Assembly (NCBI GenBank): GCA_965218295.1
Contig: CBDCKN010000014.1
Location: forward strand, 96,001 to 160,000
Direction: 5' to 3'
Length of the DNA stretch: 64,000 bases
From: Longimicrobiales bacterium
GTDB lineage: Bacteria; Gemmatimonadota; Gemmatimonadetes; Longimicrobiales; Gaopeijiaceae
The notes beneath the pieces were generated by a model. The model made no database searches and was not told where the DNA came from. It was given only the letters and a program-made list of their open reading frames with translations. Both the position numbers and the translations under genes were made by a program. Shown piece after piece: positions 18,935 to 29,007 of the stretch (position 1 is its first letter; each line of letters opens with the position of its first letter).

Positions 18935-21730
18935 ATGGTATCGACAATGAGACTCAGGGTTGCGCTGCTGGTCGTGTTCGCGATGGCAGCCACGGTGAGG
19001 GCCGCTGCGGCGCAAGGCACGCTCGAAGGAACGGTGACGGACGCGACCGACCGCCCGCTCGCGGGTGTGCGCGTCACTCTCGCAAGGCCCACGGTCTCGG
19101 ATCCTGTCCAGACGAGACTCTCGACCACGGGCGACGCGGGCACCTACCGGATCGAGGGCATCCCGGCGATCCCCCACGAGGTTCGGTTCACCCGCATCGG
19201 CTACGGTGCGCGGACGTTGGAGGCCTCGTTCGCCGACGACGAGACGACAAGGCTCGATGTGACGCTGTCCGAAGCGGTGATCGCGATGGAGAGGCTCGTC
19301 GTCATCGGCTCGCGCGCGCAGCCGCGAACCGCGACCCAGTCGATGGTGCCTCTTGACGTGGTTTCCGCGTCCGAACTCACGGGCCAGGGCACGCCCGATC
19401 TCAGCTCGCAGCTCAGGAGCGTCCTGCCCTCCTACAACGTGGCCGACGAACCGATCAGCGATGCCGCCATGATCGCCCGCCCGGTGAGCATCCGGAACCT
19501 GGCGCCGGAGCAGACGCTCGTGATGGTCGACGGAAAGCGCCGCCACCGCTCCGCCGTCATCGTTCTCTGGAACGGGAACGGCGTCGCGGACGGGGCCCAG
19601 GGGCCCGACATCTCCACGCTGCCGAGCATCGCGATGAGCCGGGTCGAGGTCCTCCGCGACGGTGCATCCGCGCAGTACGGCTCCGACGCCATCGCGGGCG
19701 TGATCAACGTCGTGCCGAAGAACAACCGCTCGGGCGGCAGCTTCGAGGTTCGGGCCGGCCGCTACCAGGAGGGCGACGGCGACATGGTCACCGCCGCCGG
19801 CAACATCGGCCTCCCCTTGGGCGAGACCGGATTCCTCAGCCTGAGCGGCGAATTCGGCCAGTCGGACCCCACGAGCCGCAGCATTCAGCGAAATGACGCG
19901 GCCGCCCTTGGGGCCTCCGGCTTTCCCGTGCGGGACCCCGCGCAGATCTGGGGATCCCCCGACGTGGACGACAACGTCAAGCTGTTCGCGAACACGGGCT
20001 ACGCGTTCGGCGGCGGCACGGAACTCTACGGGTTCGGCAACTACCACACGAAGCGGGTCGAGGGCGGCTTCTACTTCCGGAACCCGAACACACGCGATGC
20101 CGTGTTCAGTATCGACGGCGGGGAGACTCTCCTCATCGGCGACGTTCTCGACGCCCGGGACGGCGTGCTCGACGGCTCGGCGAACTGTCCGGTCGTGCAC
20201 ATCGTGAACAACGTGCCCGATCGTGCAGCCATGGAGCGCGTCCGCAGCGACCCCAACTGTTTCTCCTTCCAGGAGCTGTTCCCGGGCGGCTTTACGCCGC
20301 AGTTCGGCGGGGACGCGTTGGACGCCTCCGCCGTCGGAGGGATCAAGGGAACGACCGCCGGCATCGAGTGGGACCTGAGCGCGGGCTGGGGCACGCACAG
20401 GATCGACTTCCTCATGAAGAACACGGTCAACGCGTCGCTCGGCCCGGAGACGCCGACGGAATTCCGGCCCGGGATCAACCAGCAGCGGGAGTTCAACCTC
20501 AACCTCGACGTGCACTACGAACTCGGGGAGGGGACCCTCCTCGCAGGGGGATTCGAGCGGCGCGTGGAGAGTTTCGAGATCGTGCGCGGCGACCGGGCCT
20601 CCTGGGAGCTCGGCCCCTACCTTGAGCAAGGGCTCAGCGCGGCCTCGAACGGTTTCCCGGGGTTCGGGCCGCTGTCCGAGGGGAGATGGGACCGGCGCAA
20701 CGTCGCGGTCTACGGCGACGTGCACCGCGAAGGCGCGGACGACCGCTGGCAGGCGGGCCTGGCGCTCCGGCTCGAGGACTTCGAGGACTTCGGGACGACG
20801 TTCAACGGAAAGCTCTCGGGACGCCTGCGTCTCGTGGAGGGGTTCGCGCTCCGCTCCAGCGCGAGCACGGGGTTCCGGGCGCCGACCCCCGGCCAGCAGA
20901 ATCTCCGGCACATCGGGACGATCTACGATCTGACGCTCATGGAGTTGGTGAACAGCGGCACGATCCCGCCCACCTCGGCGGTCGCGCGGCGCAGGGGCGG
21001 CACGCAGCTGCAACCCGAGACTTCGGTGAACGTGGCGCTGGGCGCCGCCCTCACCCGCGGACCGCTGATCGTGACGGCGGACTACTTCCGGGTCGCGGTG
21101 TCCGACCGGATCAACCTCAGCACCGACTACACGCTCGAACCGCATGAGATCGACGAACTCGTCGCTGAGGGCGTCGAGGGCGCGCGCAACCTGGCCCGGT
21201 TCCGGTACTACAACAACGACTTCTCCACCCGCACGCAGGGAGTGGACCTGGTCGCCAGCTACTCGCCGCCGGCGCTGAGCGGGAATACGACCTTCAATCT
21301 GCTGTTCAACTACACGCACACGAGGGTCACGGAATACGCCGGAGAGGATCCGAATCGGCTGCCCTCGGCAGACGTACCGCTGCGCGTCCGGCAGCTGCGG
21401 GAGGCCCTGCCCACGACGCGGGGGAGCCTTTCGGCGACGCACCGGGCGGGACGCCTTCGCTTCTTCGGCAAGGTGGGCTACTTCTCGGGCTGGTACGACT
21501 GGCTCGACGATTACACCTACGGGGGCAAGGCTCTCGTGGACGCGGAAGTCGCCTACACGCTCGCCAACTCCGTGACCGTCACGCTCGGTGCCGAGAACCT
21601 GTTCAACACCTTCACGGACGTGAATCCGGGGGCCGCCGCGAACGTGGGGAACCTCTACAGCCAGAACTCGCCGTTCGGGTTCAACGGCGGCCTGTTCTAC
21701 GTCCGGGCGAGCTACGCGTTCGACTGGTAG
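18935..21730 (+). CDS. TonB-dependent receptor
   Basis: Signal peptide, carboxypeptidase-regulatory-like N-domain, VVIGSR, plug (VEVLRDGASAQYGSDAIAGVIN), STGFRAP, GAENLF, aromatic C-terminus. Confidence 0.95.
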   Translation: MVSTMRLRVALLVVFAMAATVRAAAAQGTLEGTVTDATDRPLAGVRVTLARPTVSDPVQTRLSTTGDAGTYRIEGIPAIPHEVRFTRIGYGARTLEASFADDETTRLDVTLSEAVIAMERLVVIGSRAQPRTATQSMVPLDVVSASELTGQGTPDLSSQLRSVLPSYNVADEPISDAAMIARPVSIRNLAPEQTLVMVDGKRRHRSAVIVLWNGNGVADGAQGPDISTLPSIAMSRVEVLRDGASAQYGSDAIAGVINVVPKNNRSGGSFEVRAGRYQEGDGDMVTAAGNIGLPLGETGFLSLSGEFGQSDPTSRSIQRNDAAALGASGFPVRDPAQIWGSPDVDDNVKLFANTGYAFGGGTELYGFGNYHTKRVEGGFYFRNPNTRDAVFSIDGGETLLIGDVLDARDGVLDGSANCPVVHIVNNVPDRAAMERVRSDPNCFSFQELFPGGFTPQFGGDALDASAVGGIKGTTAGIEWDLSAGWGTHRIDFLMKNTVNASLGPETPTEFRPGINQQREFNLNLDVHYELGEGTLLAGGFERRVESFEIVRGDRASWELGPYLEQGLSAASNGFPGFGPLSEGRWDRRNVAVYGDVHREGADDRWQAGLALRLEDFEDFGTTFNGKLSGRLRLVEGFALRSSASTGFRAPTPGQQNLRHIGTIYDLTLMELVNSGTIPPTSAVARRRGGTQLQPETSVNVALGAALTRGPLIVTADYFRVAVSDRINLSTDYTLEPHEIDELVAEGVEGARNLARFRYYNNDFSTRTQGVDLVASYSPPALSGNTTFNLLFNYTHTRVTEYAGEDPNRLPSADVPLRVRQLREALPTTRGSLSATHRAGRLRFFGKVGYFSGWYDWLDDYTYGGKALVDAEVAYTLANSVTVTLGAENLFNTFTDVNPGAAANVGNLYSQNSPFGFNGGLFYVRASYAFDW

Positions 21731-22025
21731 CGGGAAGGGCCTCGTCCAGGAACCTACGGTCGCAGTCCAACACCAGTCCGCGAGTCCGCGAGTAACCGTT
21801 CGGGCAAACCGTGGGCTCGACCTCCTGCGGGTTCGCCCTTGATGGCGACAGGGCAACCGACGAAGCGTCCCTCCTCCACCTCCATGAGGACGGGGGCAGG
21901 GAGCGGGCATGCGACACATGGTGTCGGACCGATACGGTCGCTTCGCCTACCGCGTGACAGGACTTCGCGGCTCGCGATCCCATGGGGTAAGATAACCCTC
22001 AACCGCCCGAGCCATCCGTGTGTAA

Positions 22026-22175
22026 CTATTCAAACTGACCCACTACTTCGATCGTGTAGGTGGTCCCGTCGACCGCGAACGACGTCTGGCTGAGGCTCCC
22101 GTCGTCTGGACTGAAGCCGTAGACGCCCCAACCACCCCAGCCGCCGGACGGTTCCACCTGGCCAAGCGTCAGACA
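22026..22175 (-). pseudogene. Fragment resembling a beta-sandwich adhesin repeat
   Basis: Translates LTLGQVEPSGGWGGWGVYGFSPDDGSLSQTSFAVDGTTYTIEVVGQFE*; recognised by resemblance only. Confidence 0.3.
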
Positions 22176-22602
22176 GGCGGTCAGATGGCGTTAGCGCTCG
22201 GGCGCGTGGCGATCCGGGGCCGACACGTCCGTTCAGTAAGCGTTCGGCGGGGTGACTAGAGGCGCCTCGCCAGTACGTTCCCGAACGCCCTCGCCGTCGC
22301 GACGAGATTCCAACCTTCGGGATCGCCACGTCGTCATCTGCCGGGTCTTCCTCAGCCCCGCGCGACGCCCAAGGGAGCACCCGTCACGGGTTCCGCGAAC
22401 GTACCGTAAGCTCCCGTGTAAGCGCCCGCCAATTATACGGGATCACATACGATAGAAACGAGTCGGACCAGAAACTACTGCATCCATAACTAACTACAGG
22501 TCATATACTTATGATGACATAGGGACAGGATAGACAGACTGATCAACCGGCCACGGAGAGCGATGTCGGAGCGGAGGAACCCGACACCCCAGCGTCCACA
22601 GA

Positions 22603-22661
22603 CTAGTGTTCCGTTTCACGGATGCACCGTGCCCTCGACTGGCCGAGACACTTTGGTAACG
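22603..22661 (+). repeat. MITE-like repeat copy A (internally deleted)
   Basis: CTAGTGTTCCGTT + GGATGCACCGTGCCCTCGACTGGCCGAGACACTTTGGTAACG shared with the copies at 40752, 52289 and 54750. Confidence 0.85.
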
Positions 22662-22717
22662 CGGGTCGATCCCAAGTAGCGCTCGGCGCGCAGTGAGAGC
22701 CGGCTGACCGGCCCGGC

Positions 22718-23101
22718 TCAGAACTCCTCCAGCAGCTTCCTGGCCTTCTTAGGGTTGTCGCAGACGATGGCGATCTCGATGAGGTCGTCCGTGATCCCGG
22801 TGACGTAGAGCGCCTCGAGGTTGATCCCCGCATCGCCGAGTCGGTTCGTGACGGCAGCGAGCTCGCCCGGCTTGTTCTCGAGTAGCACGGCGTGCACTTC
22901 GCTCTCCTCGAAACGGATGTTCGCTTCCTGGAATGCGCGGCGTGCTACTTCGATGTCGTCGGGTATGATGCGCGCGATCGCGTGGCCGCCGACACTGACT
23001 ACCGCCAGTGCCCTGATGTTGGCACCGCGTCGCGCGAGCGCCTGCGCCACGCGAGCGAGATCGCCTGGGTGATGCGTCAGTTGGATCGAGCAGTCCTTCA
23101 T
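22718..23101 (-). CDS. Tandem ACT-domain protein
   Basis: HHPGDLARVAQALARRGANI and LLENKPGELAAVTNRLGDAGINL ACT motifs. Confidence 0.85.
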   Translation of the reverse strand: MKDCSIQLTHHPGDLARVAQALARRGANIRALAVVSVGGHAIARIIPDDIEVARRAFQEANIRFEESEVHAVLLENKPGELAAVTNRLGDAGINLEALYVTGITDDLIEIAIVCDNPKKARKLLEEF

Positions 23102-23261
23102 GGTCCTCTCCTGTGAAGACAGCGGAAGATACCAACAAGAGCCTCAGGTGCATCGCGGCATGTCGAGGTCCGGCCTGCAGTACAAGCCGCATGTGGTAAC
23201 GCCCGATGTTCATTCAATGTCCACCGGATGGTCGTCATACGCCATCCGCAGTACGGCCTCG

Positions 23262-23290
23262 TACGTATATTCACGACATGAACATACGTA
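23262..23290. promoter_or_regulatory. Palindromic operator-like site
   Basis: TACGTATATTCA-N5-TGAACATACGTA (11/12 IR), AT-rich, upstream of the ACT gene. Confidence 0.45.
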
Positions 23291-23433
23291 TACTCTCCAA
23301 AGAACAACTAGGCCAGCATCCCAAGAAGCGATAGCTGCTGGCGCGATGAACTCGAGACTCGCGCCTTTCTCTTGCGATCACCATACTTGGTCGCGCAGCC
23401 CGAGTGAGGCCAGCCCGGAGTCATTAGGCGGCA

Positions 23434-24666
23434 TGTACAGAGATGGTAATGACCTGACAGTTGGCCCTCGCCGGAGCTGTGTCTAGGCTGCCTTCGTCTT
23501 AGCCTCCTCCTTCCTGGCCTTTGCGGCCTTCCTGGCGTCGGTGAGACCGGCCTTGAAGACCTGATAGGGCGTGCGGCCCTCCATGGCTCGACCGCGGTGC
23601 GGCCGCTTCCGGTTGTAGGTCTCCAGATACGCCTCGAGGTCCTGCTGCATCTCCTCGACGGTCTCGTACCAGGTGGTGCGGCCCTTCACCCTCAAGTGCT
23701 CGTCGAGGAGCGTGCGGTGGAAGCGCTCGATGAAGCCGTTGGACTGGGGCCTGCCCACCTTCGTCGTGCGGTGCTCGATGTCCTCGAGCTGAAGGAACAG
23801 CTCATATGGGTGACGGTCCGGACGGCCGCAGAACTCGCGGCCGTTGTCGCTGAGCACGGTCTTCACCCGGACCCGGTGCTCATCGAAGAACGGCAACACG
23901 TCGTTATTCATCACCTGCACCGCCGTGAGCGGGAGCTTGCTCGTGTAGAGCCGGCCCCAGGCGTAGCGGCTGAAGCAATCGAGCACGGTCTGCAGGTACA
24001 CCTTGCCGACCCCCTTCAGCGTTCCGACGAAGAACGTGTCCACGGCGACGAGGTCGCCCGGGTAATGGACTTCGATGTGGCGCTCCCGGAACTCGGGACT
24101 GAAGCGCTCCAGCAGCTCGATCTGCTCGTCGGTCAGCTTCAGCTTCCGTTCCCTGGCCGTCTCTTCGAGCCTGAGCAGCCGTTCGTGCTTCGTGGTGAGG
24201 CCATGCCGGCTCCACACGCCCCGTACGCCTCCTGAGCTCACCTGGATCCCTCCGAGCAGCAACTCGTCCGCGACCCGCTGAGCTCCGTGCGTCGGAGCCT
24301 CCAAGGCGTGGGCCAAGACCGCCTGCTCAATCTCTTCACTCACCCGGTTCGGGTGCGGTCCCTTCGGCCCCGGAAGCTGGTCGATCAGCCCCTCGGCCCC
24401 GTAAAGCTGGAAGTTCCTCCTGATCTCGTAGAACTGCTGCCGGCTGTAGCCCACGATCTTGCACGCCTTGCTCACGTTGCCGAGCTCCTGGGCCAACTGT
24501 AGCAGGCTCAGCTTGCGGCGCGCTATCTTCTCCCCCTGGACGGTGGTCATCTTCTCTCCCGTGCTAAGTGAGTGACTTCGACATCTCTCAATTAGCTCCG
24601 GCGAGGGCGGCTGGCCACCGTCCTCTCTCGTGGTCAACTGTCAGGTGAATACCGTCTCAGCACACA
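23434..24666 (-). mobile_element. IS481-family insertion sequence
   Basis: TGT...ACA ends with ~33-bp imperfect IRs (TGTACAGAGATGGTAATGACCTGACAGTTGGCC vs TGTGCTGAGACGGTATTCACCTGACAGTTGACC); possible 5-bp duplication CGGCA (23429-23433, 24667-24671); right end 24664 or 24666. Confidence 0.85.
23483..24550 (-). CDS. IS481-family transposase
   Basis: LGNVSKACK HTH; VAVDTF, VLSDNGREF, PQSNGFIERFHRT, YNRKRPH integrase-core motifs. Confidence 0.93.
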   Translation of the reverse strand: MTTVQGEKIARRKLSLLQLAQELGNVSKACKIVGYSRQQFYEIRRNFQLYGAEGLIDQLPGPKGPHPNRVSEEIEQAVLAHALEAPTHGAQRVADELLLGGIQVSSGGVRGVWSRHGLTTKHERLLRLEETARERKLKLTDEQIELLERFSPEFRERHIEVHYPGDLVAVDTFFVGTLKGVGKVYLQTVLDCFSRYAWGRLYTSKLPLTAVQVMNNDVLPFFDEHRVRVKTVLSDNGREFCGRPDRHPYELFLQLEDIEHRTTKVGRPQSNGFIERFHRTLLDEHLRVKGRTTWYETVEEMQQDLEAYLETYNRKRPHRGRAMEGRTPYQVFKAGLTDARKAAKARKEEAKTKAA

Positions 24667-24712
24667 CGGCACGATCCTCGGCCGAGCCAGAAAGGTGAGG
24701 GGGAGGGTATCG

Positions 24713-25279
24713 ATGCCCAAGTGGACATTCGAGCCAGGTCATACGGCAGCGGAGTTCCGCGCGCGGCACATGATGGTCAGCAACGTTCGCGGCGCCTTCA
24801 AGAACGTGCGCGGCACGCTCGACTTCGATCCGGCCAACCCAAAACTGTCATCCGTAGAGGCAATCATCGATACGGCAGAGCTCTGGTCAGGCGAGCCCGA
24901 GCGTGACGCTCACCTGCGAAGTCCGGCCTTCCTCGACGTCGAGCGTTATCCGCAGATCACGTTCAAGGGGGATCAGGTAGAGGTGATCGGCGATCATGAC
25001 TACGTGGTCAGCGGCGACCTCACGATCCGAGGAATAACTCGCGCGGTCCCTCTCAGAATCAAATACCTCGGTACATGGCCAACGCCCTGGTGGGAAGAGG
25101 AGGAGGGAGAATGGGTGAACAAGGGGCCGAAGTCACGGGCAGGCTTCCTGGCCGAGACCGAGATCAATCGTCACGACTTCGAAGTGAGTTGGAACGATAC
25201 GATCGACAGAGGCGGCATCGTTGTCGGGGACACGGTACACATCACTATCGATGTTGAAGCGGTTCTCGACGACGAATGA
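24713..25279 (+). CDS. YceI-family polyisoprenoid-binding protein
   Basis: HTAAEFRARHMMVSNVRGAF, RDAHLRS, GDLTIRGITR, INRHDF, VVGDTV. Confidence 0.9.
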   Translation: MPKWTFEPGHTAAEFRARHMMVSNVRGAFKNVRGTLDFDPANPKLSSVEAIIDTAELWSGEPERDAHLRSPAFLDVERYPQITFKGDQVEVIGDHDYVVSGDLTIRGITRAVPLRIKYLGTWPTPWWEEEEGEWVNKGPKSRAGFLAETEINRHDFEVSWNDTIDRGGIVVGDTVHITIDVEAVLDDE

Positions 25280-25422
25280 GCTGACCGTGCAGAGAGGTGA
25301 TGAGGAGACTTTCACGGTGATCTCGGCTCATGGACGCGGTAATCTATCGCTTCGACGGGTTGACGAGGGTAGACTTCGGGCAGCAGTGACCTCATGCTCA
25401 GACGATCACAAGGAGGGTATCC

Positions 25423-25848
25423 ATGTGGGTAGGGCGACTCGTGGACCTCATCGAGGACCATGCGGATGAGTTGACCGATCGGCTCGTACGTAGGATGCGT
25501 GAAGATCCGCGGGCGACCGGTTACCACCGATTCGATGATGAAGAGCTGGGAGAGCGGGCCCGCGAAGTCTACTCCCACCTCGGGCGATGGCTCGGAGAGA
25601 CCTCCGAGAGTGCCGTCGAGAGCGAGTACTTTCGTCTCGGCAAGATTAGGCGTGCGGAGGGGATACCGCTCTCCGAGGTGGTCATGGCGCTCCTCTTAGT
25701 CCGTCGCAATCTGTGGCATTTCGTCGAAGCTCAGGGCGCCGACACCAGCCTGGAGCTCCGACAGGAGCTCGACCTCGAGCTACTCGTGGTCCGTTTCTTC
25801 GACCGGGCCATTTTCCACACGGTACGGGGGTATGAGTCCGGGGGCTGA
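25423..25848 (+). CDS. Hypothetical all-helical protein (RsbRD-N/globin-like sensor fold suspected)
   Basis: AAGGAGG RBS; LVDLIEDHADEL...LGKIRRAEGIPLSEV...FFDRAIFHTVRGYE. Confidence 0.6.
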   Translation: MWVGRLVDLIEDHADELTDRLVRRMREDPRATGYHRFDDEELGERAREVYSHLGRWLGETSESAVESEYFRLGKIRRAEGIPLSEVVMALLLVRRNLWHFVEAQGADTSLELRQELDLELLVVRFFDRAIFHTVRGYESGG

Positions 25849-25942
25849 CGGCGCCGTCTAACGGTTGGAACCTTCCAAAACTTATGAGGCGATGATCTCG
25901 TAGTGTGGATGGGTTGACGATACACTGGACCGTGAGAGGCTC

Positions 25943-26254
25943 ATGTCACCGCGGAAGACTATTCTCAGGGAGCTGGACCAGCTTCACGACGGCGAAGGTG
26001 CCGGACGCTACACGCGACCGAGCGCAATGCCCGGATACGGCGGCAAGGCTGCCAAGTATCAGGAAGCCGTCAACGGACTGCTGAAAGACCGCCTCATCGA
26101 CGGGAAGAAGGATGAGGAGGGTCGCATGGCTGTCGCTCTGAATCCCCATCGAATCGCTGAAGTGCGCAAGGAGCTTCGGCCCTGGTTCACCCGGCCGATG
26201 ACCTGGTTGGTAGCGGTGGCGGCAGCGGGCCTGGTCGCCCCCTTCCTGATCTAG
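25943..26254 (+). CDS. Hypothetical protein with C-terminal TM anchor
   Basis: Clean ORF with RBS and hydrophobic C-terminus. Confidence 0.55.
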   Translation: MSPRKTILRELDQLHDGEGAGRYTRPSAMPGYGGKAAKYQEAVNGLLKDRLIDGKKDEEGRMAVALNPHRIAEVRKELRPWFTRPMTWLVAVAAAGLVAPFLI

Positions 26255-26326
26255 TGTCCCGTCCCAGAAGTTCGGAGACGGACACTGAAGGGCCCCGCCA
26301 CGAGGCCTCTCGGCCCGTTGGCCGGC

Positions 26327-27450
26327 TCAGCAATTCACGAACTCGTGCCCCTTCGGCATCAGCCGGAAGGGGATCTCGTCCCACATTCCTGTCAGTTTCG
26401 GTCGTAGCGTATCCAGGACTTCGCGGTCCGGAGCGAACACCAGCACGCTGCCCCCGCCTCCAGCCCCCATCGGGAATGCCTCGGCGCCGAGTGCGGCGGC
26501 GTGCTCGCCCAGCGCCTCGGCCCCGGCCATGTAGGGTGGCACGAGATCGACCCGCACCTGCCTGAATCCGCGAATGCTCTCGAGCACGCGCTCCCAATCA
26601 CCTAGGCGCAGCCCCTCACGGTACTCGTAGGCGTATCCCGGGAGCTCCGTCAGTCGTGGGAAGGACTCCTCGTCGCGGAGCATGCCGCGCCAGGTCTGGT
26701 TGACGGTGGAGCTGAACCGCGTCTTCCCGGTATGGAAGACCGCCATGCGTTCCTCCAAAGCTTGGTATTCGTCAGGCGGGACGAGCTCGTAACGCACGGA
26801 CGTACCGAGGCCCTGGCGAGGCTGCCCCGGGATCCCCCACGGCAACCAGACGTAGTCCACGACGCCACCCCAGACCACGTTGGACTGTTCCTGGGTGCCG
26901 GTGAGACTGGTGCCCAGATCCTGCTCGAGACGTGAGGCCAGAGCCACGATCTGGGGTCCATCCATGGGGTCGCCGGCCAGGCGATTGGCCAGGAGGCACA
27001 CCCGGTCATGGCCGTTGCCGAGCCCCCGAGGTCCGCCGACAAGAGCCCCGGGCGCAGGCTATGGAGATGAAAGGCCACGCCGCTCACGCCGAAGGCATCG
27101 GCCGCTTTAACGAGCCAGTTTTCCTGCGTTGCCGCGACTTGCCCGGCCCGCGCTACCACCTCCGTGCCATACTCGGACGAGCGGACTGCGATCATGTCGG
27201 TTTCGTAGGGGTGGACTTCGACCCGCGATCCCGTGTCGATGGTCAGGCAGATGGTGCGGGGAAGCGCTGCGCTCCACGCTGCGGTGGGGTCGGAGTGCGG
27301 ATCGTCGGGCCAGATCGGAGGTCGCCACAGCCCCTGCTGGAACTCACGCATGTCCAGGGTGGAGCCCGGTCCGTCGATGCGGTGGCGGGCGATGATCGTG
27401 GGGAGCTCACCCTTCTCCTGGGCGGCCTGAAGCCGGGCACGCAGGTCCAA
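26327..27450 (-). pseudogene. GHMP-kinase-like protein, frameshifted near 27001
   Basis: PGLLSADLGGSA (GHMP motif II-like) and AFPMGAGGGGSV; one extra G in GGG at 27001-27003 joins the two ORFs. Confidence 0.7.
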
Positions 27451-27462
27451 GGGGCGAAGGGC

Positions 27463-28848
27463 CTAAGGAAAGTAGGTGGGCTCGCTGGCCATCCAGCCCG
27501 TATTGCCACCGGGGGACTGCACGTACAGGAATCCCTCGAAAATCCCCAGCACCGACACGCCCGTGCCGGCCTCCACAGCCTCCATCATCGGCGCGCTGTC
27601 ACTGGGACCGCTCACCAACGCGGAGGTCTGTGCCACGACCTGGCTCCGAAGAGGCTCACTCACGGCCTCGGTGAGGCGAGCGGCCACAAACCCGGCCTGT
27701 CCGTCCGGGAGGCGTACCCGATACCAGGGCCCGGCAGCTGCCAGGACTCGCACGGGGGTGTGCTCCTCGAGCTCGACCACAACCGTGGCTCGACGGCTGG
27801 GCCCCCCTCTCAACCGGATCCCTTCGTTGACCGTTCGGGTCCATGCGCCCAGATGGTCCAAGGGAGCGGAGGTCGCCACCAGGTCCTGGGAGGGCTTGTA
27901 GAGGAAGTAATACGGGTCCACCGGTCCCTCTCTCCGCCGGTACACCCCGAAGTGGAGGTGCGGCGCGGTGGTTCGGGCGTTGCCGGTGTTGCCCACGAAC
28001 CCGAGGAGGGTGCCCTTGGTGACGCGCTCCCCCGATCGTACGACCTGGCTGTCGAGGTGAGCGTAGTAGATCGAGTTGGGCTCCTCGGAGTCGCGGACCC
28101 AGACGACCTTGCCGCCGATGTCGGTGTCCCGGACGCGAGTGACGCGGCCCTCCGTGGCGGAGTGGACGGGCGTGCCCTTGGGTGCGAAGATGTCCACGCC
28201 GTGATGGCTGCGCCGTCCGGCCTCCCGGTCGGCACCGAAGACGCTCAGAATGGCCCGGTTGTTGCGGCCCTCTACAGGGAAGGCCATGGATGCTTCGGCC
28301 CTCAGGACTATGCGGTAATGGCCCCCTCGGAGGAGCTCGGGTTGCAGGCGGACCACGTAGCTGGCGCCACGGCTCGCCACGTACTCCACCATCCCCCGAA
28401 CCGAGTCAGAGGAGAGTACCGGCAGTGGAGCCCGCTCTGGGGTGCTCTGCATTCGGTAGACGTCCACGAACAGCCTGGTAGGCTCACCGCCGTTCAGCTC
28501 CACGTCGATGGAGAGACGCTGACCCCGCCTGAGCTCCACCAGATAGCTTCTGGCGTCCGGTGACTCGGGAAAGAGGAAGCCCTCCTCTTCGAAGGGAAGC
28601 CCGACCGTAGGGGCTTCGTCGAGGGCGCGGGCCGCCGCCTCCGACCACGCCGTGCCCAGGGCGGTCTCGGCCAGACCTACGGCGCGAAGAGACTCGAAAT
28701 ACGCTTCATGAGGCGTCAGATCGCGGAACTCGTTCCGGATCTGATCGACCTGCTCGCAGGCGGAAATGAAGAGTAGGACGCCAAGGATCCCGCCGCCACG
28801 ACACGACCACACCCCGCCCCATCCCCTTCGATAGCGCTCAGTCCTCAT
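27463..28848 (-). CDS. M23 family peptidoglycan endopeptidase with C-terminal SH3 domains (lipoprotein-like)
   Basis: HHGVDIF, YYAHL, TTAPHLHFG motifs; LFISAC lipobox-like; start estimated. Confidence 0.88.
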   Translation of the reverse strand: MRTERYRRGWGGVWSCRGGGILGVLLFISACEQVDQIRNEFRDLTPHEAYFESLRAVGLAETALGTAWSEAAARALDEAPTVGLPFEEEGFLFPESPDARSYLVELRRGQRLSIDVELNGGEPTRLFVDVYRMQSTPERAPLPVLSSDSVRGMVEYVASRGASYVVRLQPELLRGGHYRIVLRAEASMAFPVEGRNNRAILSVFGADREAGRRSHHGVDIFAPKGTPVHSATEGRVTRVRDTDIGGKVVWVRDSEEPNSIYYAHLDSQVVRSGERVTKGTLLGFVGNTGNARTTAPHLHFGVYRRREGPVDPYYFLYKPSQDLVATSAPLDHLGAWTRTVNEGIRLRGGPSRRATVVVELEEHTPVRVLAAAGPWYRVRLPDGQAGFVAARLTEAVSEPLRSQVVAQTSALVSGPSDSAPMMEAVEAGTGVSVLGIFEGFLYVQSPGGNTGWMASEPTYFP

Positions 28849-29007
28849 GCGCCCAATCCATGCGTTTTTCCCATTCGGCTTCCTTTCCTGCTCAACGATG
28901 TCCACCGCCTTCCAACGTGCGATGTCTACCGCCCTGTACCATAATTGGACGGAATTGTTGAGATTTCTATGATTCTCGACATCCTTCCTGACCAGAGGGC
29001 CCCTTGC

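Larger units (their letters stand above)
14587..22549. mobile_element. Integrase-borne genomic island (degenerate integrative mobilizable element) in the DUF151 gene
   Basis: Direct repeat GATCAACCG at 14587-14595 and 22541-22549; AT-rich att-like zones inside both ends; repeated ACATACGATA/TATACGGG motifs at ~14727-14747 and ~22434-22454. Confidence 0.8.

Noticed and set aside
18620..21919. 1199-aa minus-strand ORF
   Set aside because: Mostly the antisense shadow of the TonB receptor; only its last ~100 aa look like a real remnant.
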